From NCBI GenBank assembly GCA_963701095.1, contig OY969564.1, positions 1,056,001 through 1,120,000 of the forward strand: a stretch of DNA of 64,000 nt, written 5' to 3'. Every line of letters begins with the position of its first letter. Positions within the stretch are counted from its first letter, which is position 1. Both the position numbers and the translations under genes were made by a program. The notes below the pieces were generated by a model. That model had not been told where the DNA came from, made no database searches, and saw only the letters and a list, made by a program, of their open reading frames with translations. Positions 41,055 through 50,966 of this stretch are shown here, in pieces. Source of the stretch: an uncultured Methanoregulaceae archaeon. Its GTDB lineage: Archaea; Halobacteriota; Methanomicrobia; Methanomicrobiales; Methanospirillaceae.

Positions 41055-41750
41055 ATGCCTCCAACAAAAGGGCTTGCCGGAAGGAAAGCAAAATTTCTGG
41101 TAAAAAAAGGACAATTGACTCCTCTCCGAGAATCAAAGCCTCTCAGAATAGAGCTTTATAAGATGTACCTTGAAGCACGGATTGGAAAAGGGAGAGAAGA
41201 GCTACCCACTATTTTAAAATTCATAATTGAAAGAGGGAAAGAATCCCCAGATGGATGGGTTCCATATCCTGAAATTTTGACGCATATGAAAGAAGAGAAG
41301 TTTGACTTGTCTCGGTCTAGAATGAACCAAATCATGATAGATCTGGAAAAGCATAGGATTACAATCAGACAGAAGAGGAAAAACCTAGTTTTTTACAAAA
41401 TTTCAGGAGAGGCATTGACTCCAGTTTTAACAGATTATGGAGTTAGAATAGAATATTTACGTCTAAAAAGGGCGAACAACGAACTCTCAAATAAACTAGT
41501 AATTGCAGAGTCTATCCTCAGTGAACACGATTTAATGGATAATTACGAATCTGAACTTCAAAGAATACATGATGAAAATGAGAGAAAGAAAGCGCGCCGG
41601 AGACGAATGAGCAAAGATGAAATTTTAAGGGATATTTTACAGTTAACTCCAGATGAAATGACTATTAGAAATAAATCTATTGAATCTAGTCAAGCGGTAA
41701 TTCTGTTAGATGATCTGAAAAAATTAAAACAGACTAAAAATGATAGTTAG
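41055..41750 (+). CDS. Putative winged-helix regulator with coiled coil
   Basis: LSRSRMNQIMIDLEKHRITIRQKRKNLVFYKI wHTH-like segment. Confidence 0.55.
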   Translation: MPPTKGLAGRKAKFLVKKGQLTPLRESKPLRIELYKMYLEARIGKGREELPTILKFIIERGKESPDGWVPYPEILTHMKEEKFDLSRSRMNQIMIDLEKHRITIRQKRKNLVFYKISGEALTPVLTDYGVRIEYLRLKRANNELSNKLVIAESILSEHDLMDNYESELQRIHDENERKKARRRRMSKDEILRDILQLTPDEMTIRNKSIESSQAVILLDDLKKLKQTKNDS

Positions 41751-42991
41751 GCTTGATTTTTTGCCTGCACCTGTAAAAGTTCCATTTTAAACTTATCGAG
41801 TATGGCCTGATATTCCGGCTGAAGTTCTGCCTGCTCTTTCGATTTTTTTACCTTATCCATTGCTTCTTCGGTTAGCTCAAGGCCACAATTTCCACAGAAC
41901 GACAAGGTTGGACCATTGACTGTGAAACACCGGGGGCATTGTCGGGGTTCCAACGCTTCAGACTTCTTCTTTTTATCAGGTGCAATGACCCCATTCATAC
42001 GGGCTATCTCATTTTCGGTGTCAGTGTCGGTGAGATGGGCATACGTTGCAAATTGCTTTGTGATGATGTTGCCCCACATCATTTTCTTAATAATGCTCTC
42101 GCTGCATCCCTGTTGGATGAGATGAGTTATCCGCGAATGACGGAAGATATGTGGCGTTATATGCTTCTCTATTCCCGCTCTATGAGCTATCTTCGATAAT
42201 TGTTTTGCTACTCCCCGGTACTGGAGTGATTGATGCTTCCCGTTTGTCAAAAAAACAAACCCTTCATCGGTGATCTCACCGGGGTAATCGTTCTTCCATT
42301 GTGCAAGGTATGACCGGGCCATGACAAGGGGGATAAAACGGGGCCTCTCCGTCTTGTCATTGACATTTATTACAACATTCCAGTCAGTAAATTTTACTTG
42401 TTTCCAGGTAAGTTTGCCGAGCTCGCCAACGCGGAATCCGCCTTCATACAGACAGGCAATTAGGGCACGGTCCCGGGATATCTGACATGCTTGAATCATT
42501 GCCTTGATCTGATCCTCGCTAAGGATCTGTTCAGCTGTCTTGGTCATAGTATCGTACCCGGGGGTATGAATTTTGGACAGTTTCTTTTCATCAATGGTCG
42601 AGTAGTGGTTCTCTACAAGCCACAGATGAAACCGTTTTAGAAAGCGGATAAAATCCCCTATAGTGTTTTTCTTGTACCGGAGTGAGCCATCAGGATTTTT
42701 TGCATTTTTAATAGTATCTATAGCTGAATAGACATCAGATATGGTGTTTGTACGGTAAGGACCTACAAACTCCCTCAGTTGGGTGAGAACTACATGCAGT
42801 TTAAACGCCCGGCTGTTGCTGATCTGGGATATTGCTCTTGCTTCCGCGACAAATTCACGGATGAGCGCGGCGTCATCTTCCGTGATCATTCCACTCTTGA
42901 TCTTTTTTTCAAGAGTGTTGTTCGAGTATTCCACGTACTTTGCATCACTAGCATGGAAACGTGATGTTTGGATGGTGCTGGTAGCTGCCAT
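41747..42991 (-). CDS. Tyrosine recombinase/integrase with C-terminal zinc ribbon
   Basis: RDRA...GFRVGEL, DKT, HIFRHSR, MWG, Y(AHL); CPRC...CGNC; intact gene next to attR. Confidence 0.93.
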   Translation of the reverse strand: MAATSTIQTSRFHASDAKYVEYSNNTLEKKIKSGMITEDDAALIREFVAEARAISQISNSRAFKLHVVLTQLREFVGPYRTNTISDVYSAIDTIKNAKNPDGSLRYKKNTIGDFIRFLKRFHLWLVENHYSTIDEKKLSKIHTPGYDTMTKTAEQILSEDQIKAMIQACQISRDRALIACLYEGGFRVGELGKLTWKQVKFTDWNVVINVNDKTERPRFIPLVMARSYLAQWKNDYPGEITDEGFVFLTNGKHQSLQYRGVAKQLSKIAHRAGIEKHITPHIFRHSRITHLIQQGCSESIIKKMMWGNIITKQFATYAHLTDTDTENEIARMNGVIAPDKKKKSEALEPRQCPRCFTVNGPTLSFCGNCGLELTEEAMDKVKKSKEQAELQPEYQAILDKFKMELLQVQAKNQA

Positions 42992-43056
42992 AACAGTGAA
43001 TCAGCATCAAAAGTATATAAAGAAACTGCTTGGAATGTAACCTTATATGTATGTGT

Positions 43057-43070
43057 CGGGCTGGGGCATT
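43057..43070 (+). repeat. attR core CGGGCTGGGGCATT
   Basis: Identical to the tRNA-Phe 3' end 30887-30900. Confidence 0.88.
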
Positions 43071-43226
43071 GGAACTCATTTTAAATTTTAAATCCGGGCT
43101 GTATTTTCCCGCATTTTCGTTTCCTTGTTGTTCCCCTAATCCTTTGGAGGGATTGCCCATAGAAACCCTGATTCAGAGCACACAATAACGGAATATTCAA
43201 GCAGGGTCACCACAAACAAGAGGATA

Positions 43227-43594
43227 ATGCCTGAGTCCCCTTTGACTTCTGCTAAGCTCATCGAAATTCATAATGATATCATCCAGGATTATGGCGGGGC
43301 CTGGGGAGTCAGAGATGAAGCCACACTTGACCACCTGATCTACTTGGTTAATCGTACGAAGTCCAGCACACGTAAGGCAGCGATCATCCTTCACGGTATT
43401 GCAAGCGATCACCCATTTATTGATGGCAACAACGAACTGCATTCGTTGCCGCCGAAAATATCCTGAAAAACTGCGGACATCGTATCATGGCAACGGATGA
43501 TGAAATGGTCAGTTTTATGCTTGAGGTGGCATCATATATCCACACCCGGGATTCCGTAGAAACTTGGATAAAAGAGAAATTAGAGCTGGCTTAA
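43227..43594 (+). CDS. Fic/Doc (death-on-curing) toxin, one frameshift in the active-site motif
   Basis: GVRDEATL, HPFIDGN(K)RTA restored by adding one A at ~43432; continues to TAA at 43594. Confidence 0.8.
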
Positions 43595-43702
43595 CCGCTG
43601 AAGTCCTTTATGGTATTGCTTTTTTGTCTCGATAAGGTTCTTCCGCTCCTTCTCGGTCAGTCCCTTCTCGGGGGTTTTGGCTTTCTTGGCCGTTTCAACC
43701 AT
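43580..43702 (-). CDS. 40-aa peptide, possible Doc antitoxin (convergent)
   Basis: MVETAKKAKTPEKGLTEKERKNLIETKKQYHKGLQRLSQL. Confidence 0.4.
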   Translation of the reverse strand: MVETAKKAKTPEKGLTEKERKNLIETKKQYHKGLQRLSQL

Positions 43703-43827
43703 GAGTAGTATTTGGTCATCAGGGAAATAACGATTTTCCCTTTCAATCACAGCATGACATCCCTCTCAACATCAGCCGGACCGGCCGGTTCCGCCGGAGG
43801 GATTCCCGGTATGGAAAAAAGTCACGG

Positions 43828-43911
43828 GCGAGGGTAGCCAAGCCAGGTCAAAGGTGTCAGGTTAAGGACCTGATCTCATTGATGTACGAATGTTACCGGA
43901 GGAATCCTGCC
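43828..43911 (+). pseudogene. Decayed tRNA-Leu
   Basis: GCGAGGGTAGCCAAGCCAGGTCAAAGG 5' half, anticodon arm TCAGG-TTAAGGA-CCTGA; 3' half eroded, with residual GAATCCTGCC. Confidence 0.7.
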
Positions 43912-44043
43912 AATTTCATCTTTTTTTGCATCCATGGTAAACTCTTCAGCTGTAGTAATTCCCATGAAGTCTTGATCGGCACCAATCTGCGACGTTCGTT
44001 TTCTCCTGACAATAGCCAAACACGTGGCTCATATCGGAAAAAG

Positions 44044-44244
44044 TCATGGTTTTGCCGTTCTCTTTCCCACGACATAATAGGCTATGGCGCCCGTCACCCA
44101 GGCGATTAACAAGCCAATTCCCACTCCCCGGAAGTATATGTTTCCGGTAAGATACCCCACGAAAATGAATATCACGCTTAAAACCAGCTCGAATACGACG
44201 AGTATCGGTACCAATTGTTCCCTATTAATTTTTTTTACATCCAT
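44044..44244 (-). CDS. Small 2-TM membrane protein
   Basis: Hydrophobic hairpin. Confidence 0.6.
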   Translation of the reverse strand: MDVKKINREQLVPILVVFELVLSVIFIFVGYLTGNIYFRGVGIGLLIAWVTGAIAYYVVGKRTAKP

Positions 44245-44284
44245 GATAATTCCTCCCGTTGTAGTAATTCCCATAAAGTCCTGG

Positions 44285-44884
44285 TTACCGGGACAATTCC
44301 CTTTTCATCCGTGCATGGACCTCTTCAAGGTTCAGCGGGTTGAGCGGTTTACAGAGGATCTCATGGACACGGAGATTTTTGAGATGCTGTGAGGAAGCCG
44401 CCTGCATGACCAGCGCCGTATCAGATCCTCTTCCTGTGCCGGCTATAGCGATGATCTTCTCACCGCTTTTTATGTGACCACCATCGGTGGCCATGAGCAC
44501 AATTTCAAAACAGACCTTGAACCCCTGGCAGAAGCAGCGCAGCAGGTTTGCCATGACTACTGGTGTTGTCGATTCATAGAGGTCGCCGGTGTGAAAAAGC
44601 ATCGTGCCAAAATGAACTACATGTCCTGCTTCCCTCAATGTCTTTGCCAAATCCTGGGGAAACGCATTGGTCTCGCGGTGAAAGTCCCATTGATGGGGAA
44701 TGACAATCAGCTGTACACCGTCGTTTTTGAAATACTCCATCGCTTTCTTTGCCGTGGCACCACTGGTAGACGCTATGACGATCTTTTTGATGTTGAGCGT
44801 GTGAGCACGGTCGCGTGCTAACCGGAACGTGATATCCGTGTTCCCCGGGTCGAGCGTTTCAAAATAGGTTATCGGCTGTTCCAT
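44285..44884 (-). CDS. Pyruvate-kinase C-terminal (alpha/beta) domain protein
   Basis: YFETLDPGNT, IVIASTSGATA, QGFKVCFEIVLMATDGG, GTGRGSDTA, EILCKP. Confidence 0.8.
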   Translation of the reverse strand: MEQPITYFETLDPGNTDITFRLARDRAHTLNIKKIVIASTSGATAKKAMEYFKNDGVQLIVIPHQWDFHRETNAFPQDLAKTLREAGHVVHFGTMLFHTGDLYESTTPVVMANLLRCFCQGFKVCFEIVLMATDGGHIKSGEKIIAIAGTGRGSDTALVMQAASSQHLKNLRVHEILCKPLNPLNLEEVHARMKRELSR

Positions 44885-45107
44885 GATCGGCATTATGGTA
44901 GGATGTGCAGATAAGGAATGTGATCGGGCACAATACGGTTCTGTTAGCATTTTCGGTTGGTGTTCCCGGGATCTTCTCCCCCAGAATAGCGGAAACATGA
45001 GAAAACTTTTCCGTCAACTTTCCCAGGGTATCGTGATAGGATTAAGGTGAGGAGCATCCAACTTCTGTTAAAATAAAAGCGGTTCAATACGCATTGACGC
45101 TGAACTC

Positions 45108-45768
45108 ATGATGTTTGCAGAAGATATCATAAATCCGGTTATCCGGAAATATCCCTGTAGCGGAGCCTGGACAATCCCCATTTCGTCGCTCGATAAGCGG
45201 GAACGGGAATATTTTCCCCGGTTCTCACCGGCTGCCAGAACAGCAGTCGTACTTGGCTATCATATTGTAACAAAATATGAATGGACATGGTTTGAAAAGG
45301 AAAATGGGCTGCATCACTGCCACGCAGATGATCACAGCAAAAAAATCTATAACGACATCGCAGATGCGTTTGGCGTTCATGGATTCCGGACGGCTATGGT
45401 TCCCTATCCCTGGGAGAGTGGCATACAATTCAGATCTGTTGCACAATCCGCTGGAGCTGGCGAGATCGGGATGAATACGTTTTTATTGCATCCTCTCTGG
45501 GGCCCGTGGATTCAGCTGAGCCTCCTCGCAACGGATGCACTTTCAAAGGACACCCCGGTATATCACAAATCCGTCTGCACCCGATGCGGCGAGTGTGTTT
45601 TAGCATGCCCGGCGGGAGCAATCCGGCAGGATTCATTTGACGGGCTCCGCTGCCGCAGCTACCGTACAGAAAAAGGGGAATATATCCCATTCGGGCCGAA
45701 GAAGGAATTCAGGGTACTGCACGACATGTGCCGATGTCTGCCCGGTTGGCCAGAAACCCCGGAATTAG
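45108..45768 (+). CDS. QueG-like (epoxyqueuosine reductase family) 4Fe-4S protein, frameshift near the C-terminus
   Basis: AGAGEIGMNTFLLHPLWGPW, CTRCGECVLACP; second cluster CTTCADVCP in the shifted frame ending TAG at 45768. Confidence 0.75.
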
Positions 45769-45833
45769 ACGTAATAGAACTCTCTTCAAGTCTTAAACTA
45801 TTCCCAGTTAACAGTGTATTATAAAAAAAAAGA

Positions 45834-46604
45834 TTAACCCTGGACGGCACTCGTCGTTGTCACGGTGGGTGTTGCACGCAGGCTCTGGCGGTCCTTTTGC
45901 ACAATTTCCCGGAACTGGGTGGTCAGTATGGAGAGCTGCTGGTTTGCAGCTTTTACTTCCTGGGCGTTCTGGTCGTTAAACCCGGTCTGGAGGGCTTGAC
46001 CTTCCTGCTGGATCTGGCTCTCTACTGCCTGTGCGTTCGAGACGTCAATACCTTTACCGGACAGCTTTGTCAATATGTTGTTCCGGTTCTGGTCGTTGGT
46101 CGCAAACTCCGCCATACGGGCGGTCTCGCGGTCTGTCCATGCCGTGGATTTCAGGGTCGCAAGGGTTGTGGCCTGTGCCTCTACGGAAGCATTGACACTC
46201 TCGTGAAGAGCTTTTCCGGTACCGTTGTACTCTTTGAGTTCGTCTTTTGCGTCAGTCATAAACTCTTTTTTATCTGAAGACATCTGTGATGCTGCTTGTC
46301 TTATCTGGTCAGCGGAGGTCATGGACTCAACAGAGGTTACGACTCCGGAGAAATCTGTCTCAAGGGAGGTCAGCTCACTTGTCCCGGCACCGTTACTGAT
46401 GGAACCGATATAGCTGATCGCCCCGTTCATCTGGGCCTCGCCGTATGCCCCTGCATAGGCAACGGTTGCCTGCATTGCGGCGATATGGGAGGCATTGGTA
46501 TTCCATGAGTCCGGTGTGACGCCTGTAGCGCCTGCCGGCATGACTGCTGCCATAAGGCAGATCATACAGAAACTGCCTAACAACATTATTTTCGTGTGTT
46601 TCAT
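45834..46604 (-). CDS. Secreted helical hypothetical protein
   Basis: Signal peptide MKHTKIMLL...PAGA followed by coiled-coil-like repeats. Confidence 0.7.
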   Translation of the reverse strand: MKHTKIMLLGSFCMICLMAAVMPAGATGVTPDSWNTNASHIAAMQATVAYAGAYGEAQMNGAISYIGSISNGAGTSELTSLETDFSGVVTSVESMTSADQIRQAASQMSSDKKEFMTDAKDELKEYNGTGKALHESVNASVEAQATTLATLKSTAWTDRETARMAEFATNDQNRNNILTKLSGKGIDVSNAQAVESQIQQEGQALQTGFNDQNAQEVKAANQQLSILTTQFREIVQKDRQSLRATPTVTTTSAVQG

Positions 46605-46914
46605 CGTTGTCACCTTTTCCAGGATTGTCCCGCAATCCCTGCAGGACGCACCTGATTCCAACGTTGCCGGGTCGGGCGTATATATTTCCAAGATTGCCTG
46701 AGTTGCGTGATGTAACCTGAGGGGTACAACGTGGAACCCGATACCAGTGAGGTTTGAGCGAAAACAGGAAGATGGCATGTTTTTTCGCAGGGGGAACAAC
46801 GGGTACCTGAGGCGTCCCGCGACCCGCGTTCTTTCAAGATGATTCCGGGAAAGAAAACGACGAAAGGTACCAGAACCATTCCTTTTTAAGAACACCGGTT
46901 CTGGTGCCAGGAGG

Positions 46915-49900
46915 TCAGGACCGGAACGCCCTGCGGGGAACGTTCATCTCGAACCGTGCGCCGTTCCCGTGTTTCCCGGTTTCGGTAATAGTGATACCGG
47001 TTATCAAAAGGATCTCGCGGGAAAGGAAAAGTCCGAGTCCCGTGTTCTTCCCAAACCCTCTCGTAAAAATCAGACTCTTTGTTTTCGGGAGGAATACCGC
47101 ACCCGTCATCTTCGCAGATGATGATGTGTTCGCCGTTGCGTTCTTCAACCGAGAACCGGACAGACGTGACGTTCCCGCCGTGTTTTACCGCATTGTCTAT
47201 GAGGTTGTAAAAGACTTTGACAATCAAAGGATCGGCGAATACTTCTGTACCGGCAGGGAGATCATTTTTTACGGTACCTTTTCCCGGAGAGGCTTGTGTT
47301 CCTGCGGTTTCTACAAGGGTATGAATGTTCTGCCACACCGGTATATTGACCCCGATCGCATCGTATTCTTTTGAGAACTGGATCATGCCGGAGATACTTT
47401 CTGCGGCCTTTTCCGCCTTTTTAGAATACTCTTTGTATTGAGGAGCGAGCGGATCCTTTTCCAGGACGGCCAGGTACCCCCGTAGCATGGTCAGCTGGTT
47501 TTGGATGTCATGGCGGGTGATGGACGAGAGGAGTTTGAGTTGGTGGTTTACATTTTTTATTGCGTCTTCTGCATTCTTACGATAGGAAATGTCCCGGCAC
47601 AGCGTCAGGATGATCTGGGTGGTACCTGAAGTGACCAATGAAGCATTGATCTCTAACGGCTGGATGGAGCCATCCGGTTTTTGATAATCAATCTCCAGAC
47701 CCCGCACCTGTCCTTTCCGGAAACAGTTTTCAAGTTCGAGGGCATTTCTCTCGCGATCGTAGGATGCGGTCCATTCGATAACGGATTTTCCTTCGATTTC
47801 AGCACGGGACGAACGCCCGGTAAGACGGACATATTCTTCGTTTGCCGAAATGACCCGGCCGTCCCGGTCTAAAATAACATACCCGGTTCCGGTAGTTTCG
47901 ATGAGGCTCCGGTACCGGTCTTCGCTTTTCCGCAGTTCTTCTTCTGCCCGTTTCCGTTCCGTAATGTCAATGTTTGTCCCGATTATCCCTTTGATTTCAT
48001 TACCGGTACGGACCGGGGCAATAATCTCGTCATACGTCCGCACCCCGTCCCCGCGTGCTATTGACACCTCTCTCCGCACCACATTTCCTTCAAACGCCTT
48101 CCGGTTATTCTCCGTCCAGTGTTCGAACACGTCCGGAGGAAGCGGGATCTCGCCGGGATCTTTGCCGATACTCTTTCCCCAATGTCTGATCGAAGCCGGG
48201 TTCTGCAGTATGTATTTACCCGATTGATCCATAGCCCAGACGTCAAACGGGAGGTTGTCGACGAGTGTCTGGATCTGGGAAGTTTTCTCCTGCAGCGCAT
48301 CTTCCATCTGCTTGCGCCTGGTGATATCGTGGACTATGAACACCATGCCGGTGTGTTTCCCTTCCGCATCCCTGACAAAATCGGCGTTTGCAACAATAGA
48401 GAATATACTTCCATCTGCACGAAATGCACGGTATTCGCCAGGACCGGTGAAAATACCCTGATGCATCAGTGCAATATTTTCTCCGGCCCTCCCCTGGTCT
48501 TCCGGGACCAGGAACAGAACGATTGACTTGCCGAGGATCTCGTTTTCATGCCCAAAGCCAAAAATCTTCAGCACTGCGGGAGAGACAAGGTTGACGGTTC
48601 CCTGAAGATCCGTTAGTGCGACCCCGTCGGGAATTGCGGCAAGTATGGACTGATAATATGCTTCGCTCTTCCGGATCAGTCGCTCATTCTGTGCCAGCTC
48701 TTCATACTGGCTGCGAAGTTCTTCCGCACTTGCCGTAATCTGGCTGTGTGCCGTCCGTAGTTCTTCTTCTGCCCGTTTCCGTTGCGTAATATCATGAATA
48801 ACTCCCACGACGACATTTCGGACGGGATCGTATTCTGCCACAGAATGGAGGTCCAGGATAGTCTGATCAGATGGTCTCTTGATTCTGAACTCGATATTAT
48901 AGGGAGATTTTCCGGCAATAAGGTCCTTTAACGCAGTATCGAGAAGAGGACGGTACTCGGGAAGGGGAATTTTCTGGACTGCGTCTATGGTCCATGCCGA
49001 TTCTCCGATTCCATACAGGCGCCGTGCCCCCTCAGAAGCGTCAACGGTGTTTTCGTTCAGCCGGAACTCCCAGCTTCCGGACCTGCCGACCTCTTCTGCC
49101 CGTTTTAACTGGGTTTCATCTTTTCGGAGCAGCTTCTCACTTTCTCTGAGGGCCTGTTCCTTCCGGATCATTTCGTCTAAACTGGCACGGAGTTCCTCGT
49201 CTGCTGCCTCGATCTGTTCATAGGAGGCTTTGAGTTCCTCGGTTTTCCGGTCGCGTTCCACTTCTGCGAGTTTCCAGCTGGTGCTATCAAAAATTACGCC
49301 GTCGAAAACGAGCCGGTCGTGTTCCATCACCGGGTTTGATACCCCGGTGATCCAGATCTTTTTCCCGGAAGGTTTCACGTACCATCCGCTGTATTCCCAG
49401 AGTGTTTTCGTGCTGACAGCGTGCCGCATTGATGCGGTAAACCGTTCCCGGTCTTCTGCCACGATACCTTGCGTAAACCGGTCGAGAAAATGAGCCGTGT
49501 CCTGTTCAAGACCAAGGATTTGCAGGCTCCGCTTGCTGATATAATCAAACCCGTGGGTCCCGTCGGGATTCACGGAGATCCGGTAGATGACCCCGGGAAT
49601 ATTGGCTGCCATTGCTTTGAATTGACGTTCGCGCTTTCCCAGTGCCGCCTCCGCGTTCCTGCGCGTAATAGCATACCGGATCTTGTTTGAAAGTTCGGCA
49701 TACTGGCTTGCCGGATCCCCGCCTTTCTGGAGATAAAAGTCCGCACCTTCATTCAGTGCCTGTATGACAACCTGTTCACGTCCCCGCCCGGTGAAAAGGA
49801 TAAACGGGATGGTATTTCCTGAAGATCGTACTTTTTTCAAAAATTCGATGCCATCCATTTCGGGCATCTGGTAATCGGCGACAATGGCATCGTATTTTTG

Positions 49901-50032
49901 TTTATTCATCAAATCCATTGCAGCAGAGGCAGCGGTAACCGTGTCAACACTGAACTCTCCGCCCTGCTCAAGGAAGAGTTTGCCAACCTCGAGCAGCCCG
50001 GGTTCATCATCGACGTAGAGAATGGGATACAT
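46915..50032 (-). CDS. Hybrid REC - multi-PAS - histidine kinase (frameshift in HATPase C-terminus)
   Basis: ILYVDDE...DYQMP, several PAS/PAC, ITRHDIQNQL, NLIDNA, GFGKNTGLGL in the shifted frame. Confidence 0.9.
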
Positions 50033-50293
50033 AAGAAAACGAAATATTTGTTTGTTATTTATTGACCGTCGAATTATATGTTATCTTTGGGGCATATGAA
50101 AAAAAAGCCCCTGGTGAGACAAAGACCAGGTTGTCTCAAACGCTGGACGGATAGGATCCACGACCCGGCCTGCGAGGACGCGGCCAGGAGATTGATCCAT
50201 ACGGGGAAAAGACGTGGCAAAGAGGTAGGACTGGATAGCATTGCAGTCGCCCGGTAGTGTGCCGGGCGACAGGTTCATGATTTTTGCTTCTTT

Positions 50294-50899
50294 TTAGGGA
50301 ATCCATTTGAGGATGACGTCGGCATTACGCTTCGGTGCCGGAAGGGCGCCTTTTGCCGGGTAGCCGAATATTAACGTTGCGACAAGCTTGTGATCTTTTG
50401 GCACACCTGCTTCCTTGAGGAATGCCTCATCAGTACCAAGGCCGGCGGCAAGCCCGATCCAGCAGCTGCCGATCCCCAGCGAATGTGCTGCAAGCATCAT
50501 GTTCTCTGCGGCGAGGGCGCAGTCGTGTTCGTTCATCGCATCCGGGGAGGTAAAGACGAGAATGAAAACCGGCGCTTCGTACAGGATCCGGACTTCCGGT
50601 TTTGCGAGGTTTTTTGCATAGACAGCCAGCTCCGGGATGGTCGAGTCCTTGAACATACTAACGAAGATCTTCTTTGCTTTCTCGTCTAATTCATCGATGA
50701 GTTTCCGGTTCTTGATAACAACGAACCGCCATGGCTGTTTATTGACGGCGGTCGGGGCATAGGTGCCGGCCCTTATTATCTCCCGGATGATCTCGTCGGA
50801 GACGTCTTTGTCGGCATACTTCCGTACGGATCTTCTTCCATAGATAGTATCCAGGGTCGGGTTTGCAAGCTGGTTGTCGGGTTTTTTGGATGGAGCCAT
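50294..50899 (-). CDS. Nitroreductase family protein
   Basis: RRSVRKY, APTAVNKQPWRF, NMMLAAHSLGIGSCWIG. Confidence 0.92.
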   Translation of the reverse strand: MAPSKKPDNQLANPTLDTIYGRRSVRKYADKDVSDEIIREIIRAGTYAPTAVNKQPWRFVVIKNRKLIDELDEKAKKIFVSMFKDSTIPELAVYAKNLAKPEVRILYEAPVFILVFTSPDAMNEHDCALAAENMMLAAHSLGIGSCWIGLAAGLGTDEAFLKEAGVPKDHKLVATLIFGYPAKGALPAPKRNADVILKWIP

Positions 50900-50966
50900 T
50901 GTTTCACCGGTACTGCATCATTCCTTGACAGATATAACCATTTCACTAGAACAATGAAAACAAAAG

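Larger units (their letters stand above)
30887..43070. mobile_element. ~12.2 kb integrative element in the tRNA-Phe 3' end
   Basis: 14-bp direct repeat CGGGCTGGGGCATT at 30887-30900 and 43057-43070; tyrosine integrase adjacent to the right repeat; replication and defence cargo. Confidence 0.9.

Noticed and set aside
41747..43070. SSV1-type split integrase
   Set aside because: The integrase ORF is intact and the att core lies 65 bp upstream of its start codon
14261..43911. Functional trans-spliced split tRNA-Leu from the two relics
   Set aside because: Both relics span the anticodon arm with different loops and multiple stem mismatches; no complementary leader/trailer or BHB motif was seen
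45108..45768. Queuosine biosynthesis or reductive dehalogenase function
   Set aside because: Only generic QueG-like Fe-S motifs; no que genes, Tat signal or rdhB anchor nearby
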